Shown here: piece by piece, positions 16,430 through 26,944 of the stretch
Layout of the letters: each line of letters starts with the position of its first letter
How positions within the stretch are numbered: the first letter of the stretch is position 1
Virus record (IMG/VR): IMGVR_UViG_3300020188_000808
Location: 1-64,000 of that record
Direction: 5' to 3' (one strand)
Length of the DNA: 64,000 nucleotides
Program-made: the position numbers and the translations under genes
Notes under the pieces: model-generated
What the model was told of the DNA's origin: nothing
The model's database searches: none
The model's input: the letters and a program-made list of their open reading frames with translations, nothing else

Positions 16430-16464
16430 AGTATTATTATACTATAAGTCTAGATAAAAGTCAA

Positions 16465-17256
16465 CTAGTTTCTTACTAGAATTTTATCCAATGTACCCGA
16501 TCCCGGAGTAGTATATGCTATTCTTAAGTGTGAGTAAACTCCGTTAAAGTTTACATATTTTGGTTGTGTTTCGTTGGCTAAACTTACGGTTGCAATAGTA
16601 CCCCACGGTGTTCCATTAGTAACTTGGTTATCTAACGTGCCTTGTATTTCTATATCACCTGTAAAGTTTGTTGAGTAAACTGCCGCTGTGTGTAGTGCTG
16701 AATTACCATTACGTGTTGCTTCAGCAGTAATTGCTTCACTAACATAATTCCCTGTGCTTGGATTAGTTTCAGTAAACGTATCAATACTGTACGTTGCACT
16801 TGGTCCTGGAAATGCTTCTGAGCTAATCATTATAGTGCCTTTAACACCAAAGTGACTATCAGCATATGTTACTACGTTAGTATTGTCGCTGTCCTTAGTT
16901 AAGAATACATTATAACTTACATACTGTTGTTTAACATCTAACAAATCATTAGCAGTAATTAGTATAGAGAACTGACCTTTCTTTGACGGTGTACTTGTTT
17001 CTAGGATGGTACCAGTCTTCTCTAGAATTAATACATTGTTTTCATCGAATGCCATTAGCTTAGGTGTGTAAGTATTAAGTATGCTTACAGGTTTTTGATC
17101 TGAATTTTTAATCTCAAAAGATATTGTGTTATCAATACCTCGATATATTTGTAGGGTTCTCTGGTACACTGGTCTATACTCCGTTATGTTATTAGCCAAA
17201 TCCGCAACTAGGCCAACTCTATTACTTGCTAAATATCTGTATGTTAATTGGGACAT
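16465..17256 (-). CDS. Hypothetical late protein (possibly virion)
   Basis: Thr/Asn-rich ORF; TAAATA 5 nt upstream. Confidence 0.7.
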   Translation of the reverse strand: MSQLTYRYLASNRVGLVADLANNITEYRPVYQRTLQIYRGIDNTISFEIKNSDQKPVSILNTYTPKLMAFDENNVLILEKTGTILETSTPSKKGQFSILITANDLLDVKQQYVSYNVFLTKDSDNTNVVTYADSHFGVKGTIMISSEAFPGPSATYSIDTFTETNPSTGNYVSEAITAEATRNGNSALHTAAVYSTNFTGDIEIQGTLDNQVTNGTPWGTIATVSLANETQPKYVNFNGVYSHLRIAYTTPGSGTLDKILVRN

Positions 17257-17286
17257 ATACATATTTATTCAACTTAAAGAGAAACA

Positions 17287-17655
17287 ATGTTACTAAAAGA
17301 TATCGAAACTAACTTCCCGTTCTTAAGCATCGTACAGTATGGTGGCAACGAGTATGTTGGTATCATTAACAACCAGGATAATTATGTAACAAGCATGTAT
17401 GTTTATACCGCATTGAATACAGACGAATCAAAAAAAGCATTTCTCGATCTTGGAGAAGCATGGTGGTTTGAAAGTAATCGAACAATACCGATCAGTATCT
17501 TTCTACCGAAAGAGTTTCCTGCATTTAGACATTGTCTAATGACAATGAATACTAAAGATGTAAAAGTAACAGTAGGACCGGTTGTAAACTTAGGAAACTT
17601 AGCAATTAAAAGAGTAAAACGTAAGAGTGTTCAACTAGTACGTAAACCCAAATAA
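17287..17655 (+). CDS. Hypothetical protein
   Basis: Divergent ORF filling the gap. Confidence 0.75.
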   Translation: MLLKDIETNFPFLSIVQYGGNEYVGIINNQDNYVTSMYVYTALNTDESKKAFLDLGEAWWFESNRTIPISIFLPKEFPAFRHCLMTMNTKDVKVTVGPVVNLGNLAIKRVKRKSVQLVRKPK

Positions 17656-17657
17656 AT

Positions 17658-18377
17658 CTACTTGTAGCGTTTAGTTAAAAGTTTTGGTCTATAGTGCTGA
17701 GCCTTAAACAGGCTGTTATGTATGAATTGCGTAATCTTACTATGTGAGCTTCGATAATCGCCAACCGCCGTCTCCATTTCAAATGTTTCACGCTTAAAAG
17801 GAATAACTTGAGCTAAAGGCATTCCTCTCTCAAATGTAATTTCTTTGTCAATAGGTGCAGTAAAAATTGTATTGACGTGTAGTTCATGATAGATATCTGT
17901 ATCAACTACTCCATGCATTACTTCTAAGTTATCATTTTTTGAATATGTAGGAGTTATAATTAATGAACTATATCCAGGAGGAGTTCTTAACATCCAAGGA
18001 TTCATAAACTTAAATGCGCCTCTGTAACTATCTTTATGAAATGGATAGTTGTCCATTTGTTCTTCTGGATGAAGCTGTGCAGTAAACATACTTGAAACGT
18101 TAGGCGGAGTCGCATAACGTACTTCAGTACCTTGCATGTTTTTAACTTGTGTTACTTTATAATCACACCACAATGGAATAATATAACCCATACCTAGTAC
18201 GTCAAGTACAGCCGGACAACGTCTTAAGGTGCTTGACTCTCTACGATATTCTTTACTGTCATCTGTATTAGCTCTTTGATTTTTAAACCATTCAGGCCAA
18301 AACTTTGATGCAGGCAATACTGGTAATGTTTGTTCTAGTTCTTCGTACCCTGTGAAAAATTTAATCTTCGTTGTCAT
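17658..18377 (-). CDS. Hypothetical protein, paralog of 22931-23650
   Basis: Shared PEW(F/W)K, CPA(V/I)xD, GxIxPxWC, (N/S)PW, GxPxxQxIP motifs. Confidence 0.75.
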   Translation of the reverse strand: MTTKIKFFTGYEELEQTLPVLPASKFWPEWFKNQRANTDDSKEYRRESSTLRRCPAVLDVLGMGYIIPLWCDYKVTQVKNMQGTEVRYATPPNVSSMFTAQLHPEEQMDNYPFHKDSYRGAFKFMNPWMLRTPPGYSSLIITPTYSKNDNLEVMHGVVDTDIYHELHVNTIFTAPIDKEITFERGMPLAQVIPFKRETFEMETAVGDYRSSHSKITQFIHNSLFKAQHYRPKLLTKRYK

Positions 18378-18933
18378 GTTTAATCCTTTCGCACAATAAG
18401 TTCATGTGAACAATAATAGCATGTGCGTAAGCTACTGCGTGTGCTTTCTTAAAGTAGTATGCTCCATCAGTTGGCTTTGTCCACACTTCCTTGTGTATCT
18501 CTTCCCAACTCTTGTTCGCTAGATGTCTCTTCGCTGGTCTTATTATCGCTAGTGTCGCCGCCAATTCTAATACCGAGCTGGGCTTCAAGACTTTTAATAG
18601 ACTGCTGTGCCCGTTTAGATGAAAGACTTTTTCGCTGAAGTCTTCGTGTTCCAGAAGTTGCCATAGTGGTTTCCTTTCCATTAGTTCGTTTAGATGTTCT
18701 TCGTTTTTTACTTCGTCATAGATTGATACATTTAAAAAGTCTAATTTAAAGTATCCTCTTTCTTCTGCTGTGTCGTGATCAACTGTGCTTAATAAGTCAA
18801 TAGGATTATGTGGAATCTCAGTTGCGTAAATTCCTGTGTTATGCTTTTTACCTGTGTTTAACTTTGCTACACGATGTTTTAATTTATCGAGTATAATTTG
18901 TCTGTCTGCAAAGTCAATATCAATATCTGGCAT
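18361..18933 (-). CDS. Miniature DNA polymerase III alpha (DnaE)-like protein
   Basis: PDIDIDF, HNTGIY, FKLDFL, AIIRP, FKKAHAVAY in 190 aa. Confidence 0.8.
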   Translation of the reverse strand: MPDIDIDFADRQIILDKLKHRVAKLNTGKKHNTGIYATEIPHNPIDLLSTVDHDTAEERGYFKLDFLNVSIYDEVKNEEHLNELMERKPLWQLLEHEDFSEKVFHLNGHSSLLKVLKPSSVLELAATLAIIRPAKRHLANKSWEEIHKEVWTKPTDGAYYFKKAHAVAYAHAIIVHMNLLCERIKHDNED

Positions 18934-18936
18934 ATA

Positions 18937-19626
18937 TTATAATCCTGCTTTCTTTACAATTTCTTTTACTAGTTCAACATCTACTGGACTTCTTTTAAAT
19001 CGTGTACTCCAATGACTTGGATCAAGAATAGCATATACAATTTGTAATTGTTCATCATTCATTTTAGACACCATCTCTTTACCAGACTTGCAATTTAATA
19101 TCAACCACGGACTTACTTTGCCGTCTACTATATCTTGACATACTCTATTTAAACTTACATAGTTAAAGTAGTCTTGCCACCTAGCTTCGTTGTCGTCACC
19201 CCATTCCATCATGTTTTTAACACTACGTTCAAGAGCAGTTTCAACACCTTCCTTACGAATAAGATCAAGTGCATACTTTTCATATAGTTCTTCTCTACAC
19301 CAATGGTCTAGTTTAACTCCGCTTGTAACTACATAGTCAATATACTTCTCTGGGTATAACGGTCTTACGTTACTAACAAAGCTACCAAATTTTACAAATG
19401 CATTGTAGTACTGACTATTGCAAAACTGTTCATATGTTTTAACACCATCAAAGCGTTGACATAGTTTATAAAATCTATTAAACGTTAAGTACCCTAGTTG
19501 TACACGTTTCTCGTCTTTTTGTAAAGCTCTACGTTTCTTTTCACACATATGTACTGCAAGAGTTTTTTCTCTTGTGTACGATACTTTACAGTATGGACAT
19601 TCAAATCCTTCGTTAGACTTTGACAT
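18937..19626 (-). CDS. Hypothetical protein with N-terminal Zn-finger
   Basis: CPYC...HMC; start reassigned to MSKSNEG. Confidence 0.75.
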   Translation of the reverse strand: MSKSNEGFECPYCKVSYTREKTLAVHMCEKKRRALQKDEKRVQLGYLTFNRFYKLCQRFDGVKTYEQFCNSQYYNAFVKFGSFVSNVRPLYPEKYIDYVVTSGVKLDHWCREELYEKYALDLIRKEGVETALERSVKNMMEWGDDNEARWQDYFNYVSLNRVCQDIVDGKVSPWLILNCKSGKEMVSKMNDEQLQIVYAILDPSHWSTRFKRSPVDVELVKEIVKKAGL

Positions 19627-20080
19627 CTTTTTTATCCATCCCGTGTTGCTCGGCAAGCTCTTTAAGTTCTTTTGTTGTAGATATTCTAGCAAGTAATTCT
19701 ACCTCGTCTATTTTCATATTAGGAAACATTTCTTTAAGAAACTTAACAGCCTTGTTATCAGAGCCTTTTTGTTTTAATCCTAACCATTGATGGTGTCTGC
19801 TTTTACGTGTTGCGTTATGTGTTGCACACAACAGTTGCCATTGTAGCTGTGGATGTCTTGTTCCTAGTACATTCCAATTCTTGTTATAATATTCATTAGT
19901 GGCAATAACTGCCCATTCTTTTGCGTCTTGTGATCCGCTTACACTACTTGCATAACGATTAAGCAACCAAAAGTTTAATTCTTTACGCTCTTCTTCAGTC
20001 CATTCTTTATATGCACCTTTGGCATCCATATCCAAAGCCATAAAGATCTCACTTAAAGGTAGTTTATTTTTCTGTTTCAT
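19613..20080 (-). CDS. Putative clamp-loader small subunit (gp62-like)
   Basis: FWLLNRYAS...NEYYN...LQWQLL...HQWL pattern resembles gp62; size and replication context fit. Confidence 0.5.
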   Translation of the reverse strand: MKQKNKLPLSEIFMALDMDAKGAYKEWTEEERKELNFWLLNRYASSVSGSQDAKEWAVIATNEYYNKNWNVLGTRHPQLQWQLLCATHNATRKSRHHQWLGLKQKGSDNKAVKFLKEMFPNMKIDEVELLARISTTKELKELAEQHGMDKKDVKV

Positions 20081-20330
20081 TACGTATAGTATACCATATT
20101 ATAAGTGCTTTGTCAAGTTGTTTTTTGAGTGTATAATTTGTTTTGGCGCAATCAACCATATCCAAATATTCTTCAAAGTCCAGGCGTCCTTCATGCTTTT
20201 TGATTGCGTCAGAATCACCACCAATAATCCAACGAGGAATCTTATTGTGTGGAGGGTCACGATAACGAGCGTAGACAATACCATCGCTACGCTCATATAT
20301 CAGTGCTTCACCTGGAAGCATCTTAGTCAA
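20064..20330 (-). CDS. Hypothetical protein
   Basis: ORF in operon. Confidence 0.75.
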   Translation of the reverse strand: MTKMLPGEALIYERSDGIVYARYRDPPHNKIPRWIIGGDSDAIKKHEGRLDFEEYLDMVDCAKTNYTLKKQLDKALIIWYTIRNETEK

Positions 20331-20332
20331 GA

Positions 20333-20518
20333 TTATTTCTTCTTGGGTTTTACTTTTACTGTGCCTGCTGTATTCTTAGGTTTTGTACTCTTAGGCTTTG
20401 GCTTTGGCACTGGCTTCTTTTGTTCTGCCGCAACAATCTCACCAACCTCAGTAGGGTTAGGCATAATTGATTTAGTTATTTTACTTGTTGTCTTTTTAAT
20501 TGAATCCCACATTCCCAT
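20333..20518 (-). CDS. Small Lys/Pro-rich protein
   Basis: AGGAG RBS; in operon. Confidence 0.65.
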   Translation of the reverse strand: MGMWDSIKKTTSKITKSIMPNPTEVGEIVAAEQKKPVPKPKPKSTKPKNTAGTVKVKPKKK

Positions 20519-20529
20519 AATATATCTCC

Positions 20530-20880
20530 TTATTTTTTTACAGTTGAGCCGCTAGTACGACGAACAATGTCATCGTGATTAAATTCTGCCCAGTATAGTT
20601 CAAAAGCGACTCCGTCTTCTAAACCTTCAAACTGGTGAATCTTTCCTGGCTTCACTTGTGTAAAGTCTCCAGCTTCAAGAATAGTTTCATCAACTAGTCC
20701 TTGATCATCTTGCCAAACACGAACAAGCATCTTGCCCGATTCAACAAAGAATCCGTTCCATTTATATTGATGTTCATGTTCTGAACATTTGTATCCTGCT
20801 TTATATTCGATACGATGAAATTCTAATACACCGTTCGCATGGATCAATTCTGTTTGACCCCAAATTTTGCCTGCTTTCAT
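20530..20880 (-). CDS. Cupin (sugar isomerase-like)
   Basis: KIWG, CSEHEH, IHQF. Confidence 0.8.
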   Translation of the reverse strand: MKAGKIWGQTELIHANGVLEFHRIEYKAGYKCSEHEHQYKWNGFFVESGKMLVRVWQDDQGLVDETILEAGDFTQVKPGKIHQFEGLEDGVAFELYWAEFNHDDIVRRTSGSTVKK

Positions 20881-20889
20881 AATTATCTC

Positions 20890-21660
20890 CTAATCAACGA
20901 ATTTAAATAATTTCTCTTGTACATGTGCATCAATGTTTACATACCGTCTAATAGTATTTGGATTATCACGCGGAGTTACTCCATGTAAACTATTCACTGT
21001 GTTTAAAAACATAACCATAGTGTTACGCTTGTAAGGTACATGTTCAACTACTTCAATATCGTCTGCTACTGCTTCACGTCCTGTTATTCTACGCCATTGC
21101 TTGCCTGCTACATTTCTATATACATTTAGTCCGCCATCAGTATTTTTATCTTCAGGCTTCTTAAAATAAAATAGACATGCAAACAATTCTTTACTTTGAT
21201 CAACATGTGGAGTTCTAATTTGTATGTTATCTATTGCATTCATAACAAACTGCATTTCCATTCTTATTGATCCGCTCTTAGGAGCACGTCTTGGTGCAAC
21301 ATCACTACGTATATACTTGGTGTATAAACCTTCAGGGCAAAACTGTCCCGGTGGGTAGTGTTGTTCAAGACCTGGTCTAAATACTCTAATAACTTCGTCT
21401 TTAAATTCTCTACTAGTTGCATATGCACTAAATTCTTGCCATGCTTGACTTACTACTGCGGATTTATCAAAGTCATGATCTAAATAACGTGCAGTTCCAA
21501 AGCCGGTTGTTTCGCCTTTAGAAATAAATGTTTCTGGATACTCTGCTTCTAACTTTTCATACAAGTCCCAAGGTAGCACTTCCTCAATTACAACATAAGG
21601 AAAAGGATCCATTCTTAAGTTTTCTGGTTTAAAGTTTTGTAATACACTATATTGGTTCAT
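20890..21660 (-). CDS. 2OG-Fe(II) oxygenase
   Basis: PFPY, PHVD, SLHGV, RRYVN. Confidence 0.8.
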   Translation of the reverse strand: MNQYSVLQNFKPENLRMDPFPYVVIEEVLPWDLYEKLEAEYPETFISKGETTGFGTARYLDHDFDKSAVVSQAWQEFSAYATSREFKDEVIRVFRPGLEQHYPPGQFCPEGLYTKYIRSDVAPRRAPKSGSIRMEMQFVMNAIDNIQIRTPHVDQSKELFACLFYFKKPEDKNTDGGLNVYRNVAGKQWRRITGREAVADDIEVVEHVPYKRNTMVMFLNTVNSLHGVTPRDNPNTIRRYVNIDAHVQEKLFKFVD

Positions 21661-22376
21661 TTGTAACGGTTCGCAATCTCATCGCTAGATATATTATCAC
21701 CTGCATACAAGTGTTGCTGTGGCATCTCAAATTCTGCATCAGTTTTGCGTTTCATAATAGCAACAACCATAGGATCTCTTTCCCATTGATCTAATCCAAA
21801 CTTACCTCTGTAACCTTTGTCACGTGATAACTTTTGTCCTAGCTTTTCAATGTGAGCACCGTCACTAGTGCCAATCCATACACCATGCATTTCATAATCG
21901 TTTTGATGTGCTAGACAGAAAAATAAGTTAGGATGAAAGCTATAAAAGCCGTGATCAACCCAACGATAAAAAGGAAGCACATGGATCATATATCCACCTA
22001 CTTTGGTCATGTCGTGTATGTTTTTAAATACTGTGTACTGATTGAATACATGTTCGCCTGTGCCGTTGTTAGTTACTAGGTCAAACTGCTCAGTAAAATT
22101 ATATGCTTGTTTGCAATCCAAATTAAGATCCATTGCAATAGCATCTTTTTCTGTGTTAACATCAATAGCAAGATATCTTCCAAAGCCTAATGCTTCAAAG
22201 TATTCTTTAGTTGTGTTAGCATGTTTATGAATACCACGTGCATTAAAAATTTTAGCTCGTGACTTATTATTCTTTAAACGTTGATTACCCATCTCACAGA
22301 CTGTAGGAGTTTTGTTTGCTTTGATATCGTCGTATACGGAATCAATAGCTTCTGTAATTAAATTAGTAAAGCTCAT
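21657..22376 (-). CDS. SAM-dependent methyltransferase-like protein
   Basis: EMGNQ, FDLVTNNGTGEHVFNQ, GGYMIH. Confidence 0.75.
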   Translation of the reverse strand: MSFTNLITEAIDSVYDDIKANKTPTVCEMGNQRLKNNKSRAKIFNARGIHKHANTTKEYFEALGFGRYLAIDVNTEKDAIAMDLNLDCKQAYNFTEQFDLVTNNGTGEHVFNQYTVFKNIHDMTKVGGYMIHVLPFYRWVDHGFYSFHPNLFFCLAHQNDYEMHGVWIGTSDGAHIEKLGQKLSRDKGYRGKFGLDQWERDPMVVAIMKRKTDAEFEMPQQHLYAGDNISSDEIANRYK

Positions 22377-22377
22377 A

Positions 22378-22944
22378 TTATTTTCCTAACACTACTATGT
22401 ATTTGTTATTTTCATGTACGCCACCACGCTTGTCTGTTCTTGTTTTCTCAAAGAACTCATGATGTATAATTTTTACGCCTGGCATATTAGTTTCAATCTT
22501 TTCTTTCCACCAACCTGGAGTTTCTACAATTAAATGTGCATTACGTCCGTCTGGCAAAAATTTCTTAGCAGGGCTAGTTGCAATAATAAGGAATGCATTT
22601 TTCTGAAACAAGTTGTGAATATCTTTTAATACGTCATCTAAAAAGAAAGGTTCGATATGTTCTAATACATCTGTACTAATAAGCATATCAGCTGGCTTTT
22701 TATTATCAGGAATGTTAAAATCTGGCATTCCCGGATCCCATCCAATTGCATTAATTTCTGGATAGGCTTCTTTAAGTGCTAGTACAACACCGCCTTTGCC
22801 ACATCCATAATCTAAAATAGATTCTGGTTTAAATTCCTTAATCCATTTTTCAATTGCTTTCAATCCTTTAGCATCACCAAAACTTGCTTTTTCATCATGT
22901 AGTTGTGCTAACTGACGAGCGTACTCTTCACTAATTGTTTTCAT
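22378..22944 (-). CDS. Class I SAM-dependent methyltransferase
   Basis: ILDYGCGKG, STDVLEHI. Confidence 0.88.
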   Translation of the reverse strand: MKTISEEYARQLAQLHDEKASFGDAKGLKAIEKWIKEFKPESILDYGCGKGGVVLALKEAYPEINAIGWDPGMPDFNIPDNKKPADMLISTDVLEHIEPFFLDDVLKDIHNLFQKNAFLIIATSPAKKFLPDGRNAHLIVETPGWWKEKIETNMPGVKIIHHEFFEKTRTDKRGGVHENNKYIVVLGK

Positions 22945-23650
22945 CTAACTTCCTTTGCTTACTTATATTGCGTATGGTTTTTAAATAACTCCCTACTGAG
23001 GAAATATTAACTGTATTTAAATTATTCATAGTTTCAGCGTCTACTAAGTGGACATTAAGATCAATAGGTTTTTCACTCATTGGAATTAATTGTAACCAAG
23101 GATCACCAACTTGAATCTTAACTTCACTGTTATACGGTACCATAATATTATTTAATACACTATGTTGATACTTATACTCTGTAATACCCGGAACTCCCCA
23201 ATACGCTAATGGATTCTTAGTATGCCAGTCTGTTTTAATCCATACCCACTTTACACCTGTAGTCTCTTTAATAAACCAAGGTGATCCTAACTTAACATGT
23301 GCAAGTCCGGGTTTATGAAAATCAAAGTCACGTTCGTCATGCGGTATTGCAGGAATAAAATCAGGAAAGACTCTTACTTCCTTTTCTCCATGTTCGTTTA
23401 CCCGCATGTGTAGTTCACACCAACTAGGGAAAATAATACCTGCTTTTAATATGTCATTAATTGCAGGACATTGTTTCATTGAACTTATCGGTAAGTCGTT
23501 ATAGTAGGCTTGGTGTGTGGGTCTACTTGCTGGTAACCCTTTCCACCATTCAGGAATATACTTCTTAGCCAACTGCGGTTTACATTGATCATACGCATAT
23601 TGTTGGTTTGTGTATACGTCTACTTTAATACTTTTAGATAAGAATCCCAT
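22931..23650 (-). CDS. Hypothetical protein, paralog of 17658-18377
   Basis: PEWWK, CPAIND, SPW, QLIP. Confidence 0.75.
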   Translation of the reverse strand: MGFLSKSIKVDVYTNQQYAYDQCKPQLAKKYIPEWWKGLPASRPTHQAYYNDLPISSMKQCPAINDILKAGIIFPSWCELHMRVNEHGEKEVRVFPDFIPAIPHDERDFDFHKPGLAHVKLGSPWFIKETTGVKWVWIKTDWHTKNPLAYWGVPGITEYKYQHSVLNNIMVPYNSEVKIQVGDPWLQLIPMSEKPIDLNVHLVDAETMNNLNTVNISSVGSYLKTIRNISKQRKLDENN

Positions 23651-24140
23651 AATCAATTACTTCACTTTGTCTACTAATGTCTTTTACAAACCATGCACAT
23701 TGTGGGTTATCACCGTCAGTTAAAGGTACACCTAATAGTTGTCCATTTTTCATTTTAGGGAAATACCATTTTACATCATTGTAAAAATTGGTAATTTTTA
23801 CTTCACCCCAATTCATCATTGTACTAGTTAACGGATTAAACAAGAAGGCTTCAAAGCCTCTATCGTTTAAACTTGTTAATGGTAGTACTTCAATATCTCC
23901 AGCACCGCCACTGTCACCAACTGCTAGATGCCAATCGATAGGCATAGTAATTTCTTTGCCTCCAATTTCCATTACCATAGCAGGTGAGTTAAATGACTCC
24001 AAAAAAATCAAAGGAACATAAAAGAAGTCAGGTTCTTTTGGATTACTATTATCCAAAACCGCAAATCTAATATCGTCAGTTAATTCGTCAGGTAGATGCT
24101 CGAGTTTATAACATTCGTTATCTAATGTTAATATTCTCAT
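23634..24140 (-). CDS. Hypothetical protein
   Basis: ORF downstream of uvsW with AGGA RBS. Confidence 0.8.
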   Translation of the reverse strand: MRILTLDNECYKLEHLPDELTDDIRFAVLDNSNPKEPDFFYVPLIFLESFNSPAMVMEIGGKEITMPIDWHLAVGDSGGAGDIEVLPLTSLNDRGFEAFLFNPLTSTMMNWGEVKITNFYNDVKWYFPKMKNGQLLGVPLTDGDNPQCAWFVKDISRQSEVIDYGILI

Positions 24141-24162
24141 TTATTTTCCTTTGTTTTCATAA

Positions 24163-25626
24163 TTAATTCCAATCCACTTTCTCTATAGTAAATGGATACT
24201 GTGCTTCTTTGTAAAACTTCTTTCTTGATGTTAAATGCCTTTTTGCGTATTTACATGTGCTAGTTATATCCCAAATTTGCACAAAGTCTTTATCTTCTGC
24301 CTTACGAACACCTCTGCCTATACTTTGAATTACTCTTACAAAAGACTTGCCAGGCTCAATAAGAACAAGGTTAAAGATCCTAGGGATATTAATACCAACA
24401 GCGGCAACCCCGTACGTTGCAATAATAACCTTATTAGTTGCTTCTTTAACTTCGTCATACTGTTCCTTTCTATCTTTTAATTTCATATCACCTTTAACAA
24501 ACACGCTATCAGGAATAATTTCCTGTAACATTTCTCCTGCACTAATTCTATCAACTAGAATAAGTGTATTGCCTGATTGTGAAACTGTGTTTAATAATTT
24601 GCCTATGTATTTTATTCTTTCTGCATCTGTTACTAGAAACTTTAATTCTTCTGGATAGCCTGCAAAACTTTTAATGTCAATCATTTGTACAATGTTAACA
24701 TGACAGTTTGATAGTACGCCCTTGTCTTGTAATTCTTTTGCACTAATGTTGCCAATGACTGGCCCTATACTTGCTAAGATACTTTGAAACTCAAACTGTT
24801 CTTTAGGTACTGTTCCAGTTAAGCCCCAACGTATAGGTGCATGTTTTAAATTTTGTGTAAGTAATTTTTTAAGCACTTCTGCTTTTGCTTGGTGTACTTC
24901 GTCAATAATAATTGTTTGTACGCCATCTAAAAATTCTGCAAGTGTTAGTACATCGTCATAGTTTTTACTTTTCTTATCTAGTATGTTTAGACTTTGCCAA
25001 GTACAAATAGTATGTGTCTTGCCTAATTCTTTTCTATCACCAAAGTAAACACCTACGTCTAATCCGCAGTTAACATAATCTTCTTCTGTTTGTGTAACAA
25101 GACTCTTGTTAGGAACAATAACCAACGTCCGACCTAACTTTTCCATTAGGTGTGATAGTGTTGCAGTAATAATTGTTTTACCTGCTCCAGTTGCAACTTC
25201 TTGTAATGCTTGTGGATTATTTAAAAATCCGTTAACAGTTTCAACTTGATAATCACGTAGAATAATTTCTTCGCCTGCGGCCATATGTCCTTCAGGCCAA
25301 CATACACCTTGGTCTGCCCAATAGCGTTCATTAATTGCTGTAAATGTTAAATCGTGTTTTGCTCTGTTGTCTACAATCTCAGATATTTCAACACCTTGCT
25401 CTACAAGACTGTTAACAATAGTATCTAAATGGTTAACATATCCTGTACCACCAATACCAAAGAACGCAACAGTTCCGTCCCAACGTCCTAGTTTATATTG
25501 AGGCAAGTAACGTGCATAAGGAACTTGAAACTTTAACTTGTTAGCAATCTTTCTGCGATTTTCAACAGGCAAGTTTTCAACTTTTACGTTTACTTCATCT
25601 TGAATTACAATTCTACAACTTGTCAT
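24163..25626 (-). CDS. uvsW: UvsW-like SF2 helicase
   Basis: LRDYQ, ATGAGKT, DEVH, GLTGT, QSIGRGVR. Confidence 0.92.
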   Translation of the reverse strand: MTSCRIVIQDEVNVKVENLPVENRRKIANKLKFQVPYARYLPQYKLGRWDGTVAFFGIGGTGYVNHLDTIVNSLVEQGVEISEIVDNRAKHDLTFTAINERYWADQGVCWPEGHMAAGEEIILRDYQVETVNGFLNNPQALQEVATGAGKTIITATLSHLMEKLGRTLVIVPNKSLVTQTEEDYVNCGLDVGVYFGDRKELGKTHTICTWQSLNILDKKSKNYDDVLTLAEFLDGVQTIIIDEVHQAKAEVLKKLLTQNLKHAPIRWGLTGTVPKEQFEFQSILASIGPVIGNISAKELQDKGVLSNCHVNIVQMIDIKSFAGYPEELKFLVTDAERIKYIGKLLNTVSQSGNTLILVDRISAGEMLQEIIPDSVFVKGDMKLKDRKEQYDEVKEATNKVIIATYGVAAVGINIPRIFNLVLIEPGKSFVRVIQSIGRGVRKAEDKDFVQIWDITSTCKYAKRHLTSRKKFYKEAQYPFTIEKVDWN

Positions 25627-26927
25627 ATATTCTCTACTTTAACTTGCCATCTATTATAAGGTGCTACTATTGATCCAACATCATATGTCATTGTTAGATC
25701 AATTCCGCATATCCATTCATTAATAAGGTTCAAAGGTTGCCTTGTTATAGACAACGATGTTATTGGTTTCCAATTACTTTTAAATAACGGCTTAGGAACT
25801 TTATTACTACTAATATACACTACTTTAGTTTTATTGTCAACATAATTATTTAATCCCTTATCATGGACGAATTGGTTAAATTCCTTAGCATAATCTAATT
25901 CTTTGTTGTCCAATCTAAACATAACACTCATTTGTTCTTTTGGAATAAAATTTACAAATGAATTGTGTAATTCAATTATATTATCTAAACAAGTTTGTGT
26001 ATCTAACACTACCAATAACGGAAACCTATCTAGTTGTTGTAATGCAGAACAAAGTTGATCTCTGTTCCATGTATCACTGTTAACACAAATTTGAAGATTA
26101 CTTCTATTAGCAATCTTAACTGCTAGTGTATCACAGTTATTAATTCTAAAACTTTCTGTGACATCAACGTCATCAAAGTATTCGAGACCATAAAGACCTT
26201 TACGGTCAAAATATTGATAGAGGTTGTTAACATTTGGTTGTCCTAGATCTTTTGTACATTCAGTAATGCCAAGTTCGTTGTAATTAATAAATTTATAATC
26301 TTTAATGCCAGGGAGGAATTTGTGAACATTAGTATCCATAACTTTAAGCTCATTGTATATTTCTTGAACTTCGTTAGAAATATCAAACTTAGCAGGAAAC
26401 TTATTAGCAATATTTACAACCTTCCAAACATATTTTTCAGTTAACGGAAAGAAGTGTTTGTGTTTTTCATAGAAATAATCTTTGTTATTACCGTTTTTTA
26501 ATTCTTCTAATCTATTAATAACTTTTTTATTAAACGGAAATCTAATAACAAGCATTTGCTGTTTTACATTATCATATGTAACTTCTTGTATTTTAACCCA
26601 ATGCGAACTGTCTATCTCTCTTAACGGAGTTCTTAAATTATCTAAATGGTTCTTAAGTTCAATGTTATGCTTTGTAAACTGTGGTGCGTAGTACTCTACT
26701 AATAGCTTTTTAACAAGCTCGTGTTGCTTAGGCGTGAGTGCAGTACCTCTAAAACATTGTTTAGCAATACTAAACATAATCTTATGGTTGTCGTCATGCA
26801 ACGTAAATGAGTGTAAGTCTGCTAACTCTTTGTTACGACTAAACTTAAAGTTACTGATGCCAGCAACTAGTTCTAAGCAGTCTTCAACGGTAAGGTCAGC
26901 AATGTCGATTGGTTCTTTTCTAAGCAT
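25623..26927 (-). CDS. Hypothetical protein
   Basis: 434-aa ORF; TTGACT-17-TATAAT upstream. Confidence 0.8.
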   Translation of the reverse strand: MLRKEPIDIADLTVEDCLELVAGISNFKFSRNKELADLHSFTLHDDNHKIMFSIAKQCFRGTALTPKQHELVKKLLVEYYAPQFTKHNIELKNHLDNLRTPLREIDSSHWVKIQEVTYDNVKQQMLVIRFPFNKKVINRLEELKNGNNKDYFYEKHKHFFPLTEKYVWKVVNIANKFPAKFDISNEVQEIYNELKVMDTNVHKFLPGIKDYKFINYNELGITECTKDLGQPNVNNLYQYFDRKGLYGLEYFDDVDVTESFRINNCDTLAVKIANRSNLQICVNSDTWNRDQLCSALQQLDRFPLLVVLDTQTCLDNIIELHNSFVNFIPKEQMSVMFRLDNKELDYAKEFNQFVHDKGLNNYVDNKTKVVYISSNKVPKPLFKSNWKPITSLSITRQPLNLINEWICGIDLTMTYDVGSIVAPYNRWQVKVENI

Positions 26928-26944
26928 GTGTATATTATACTTGA

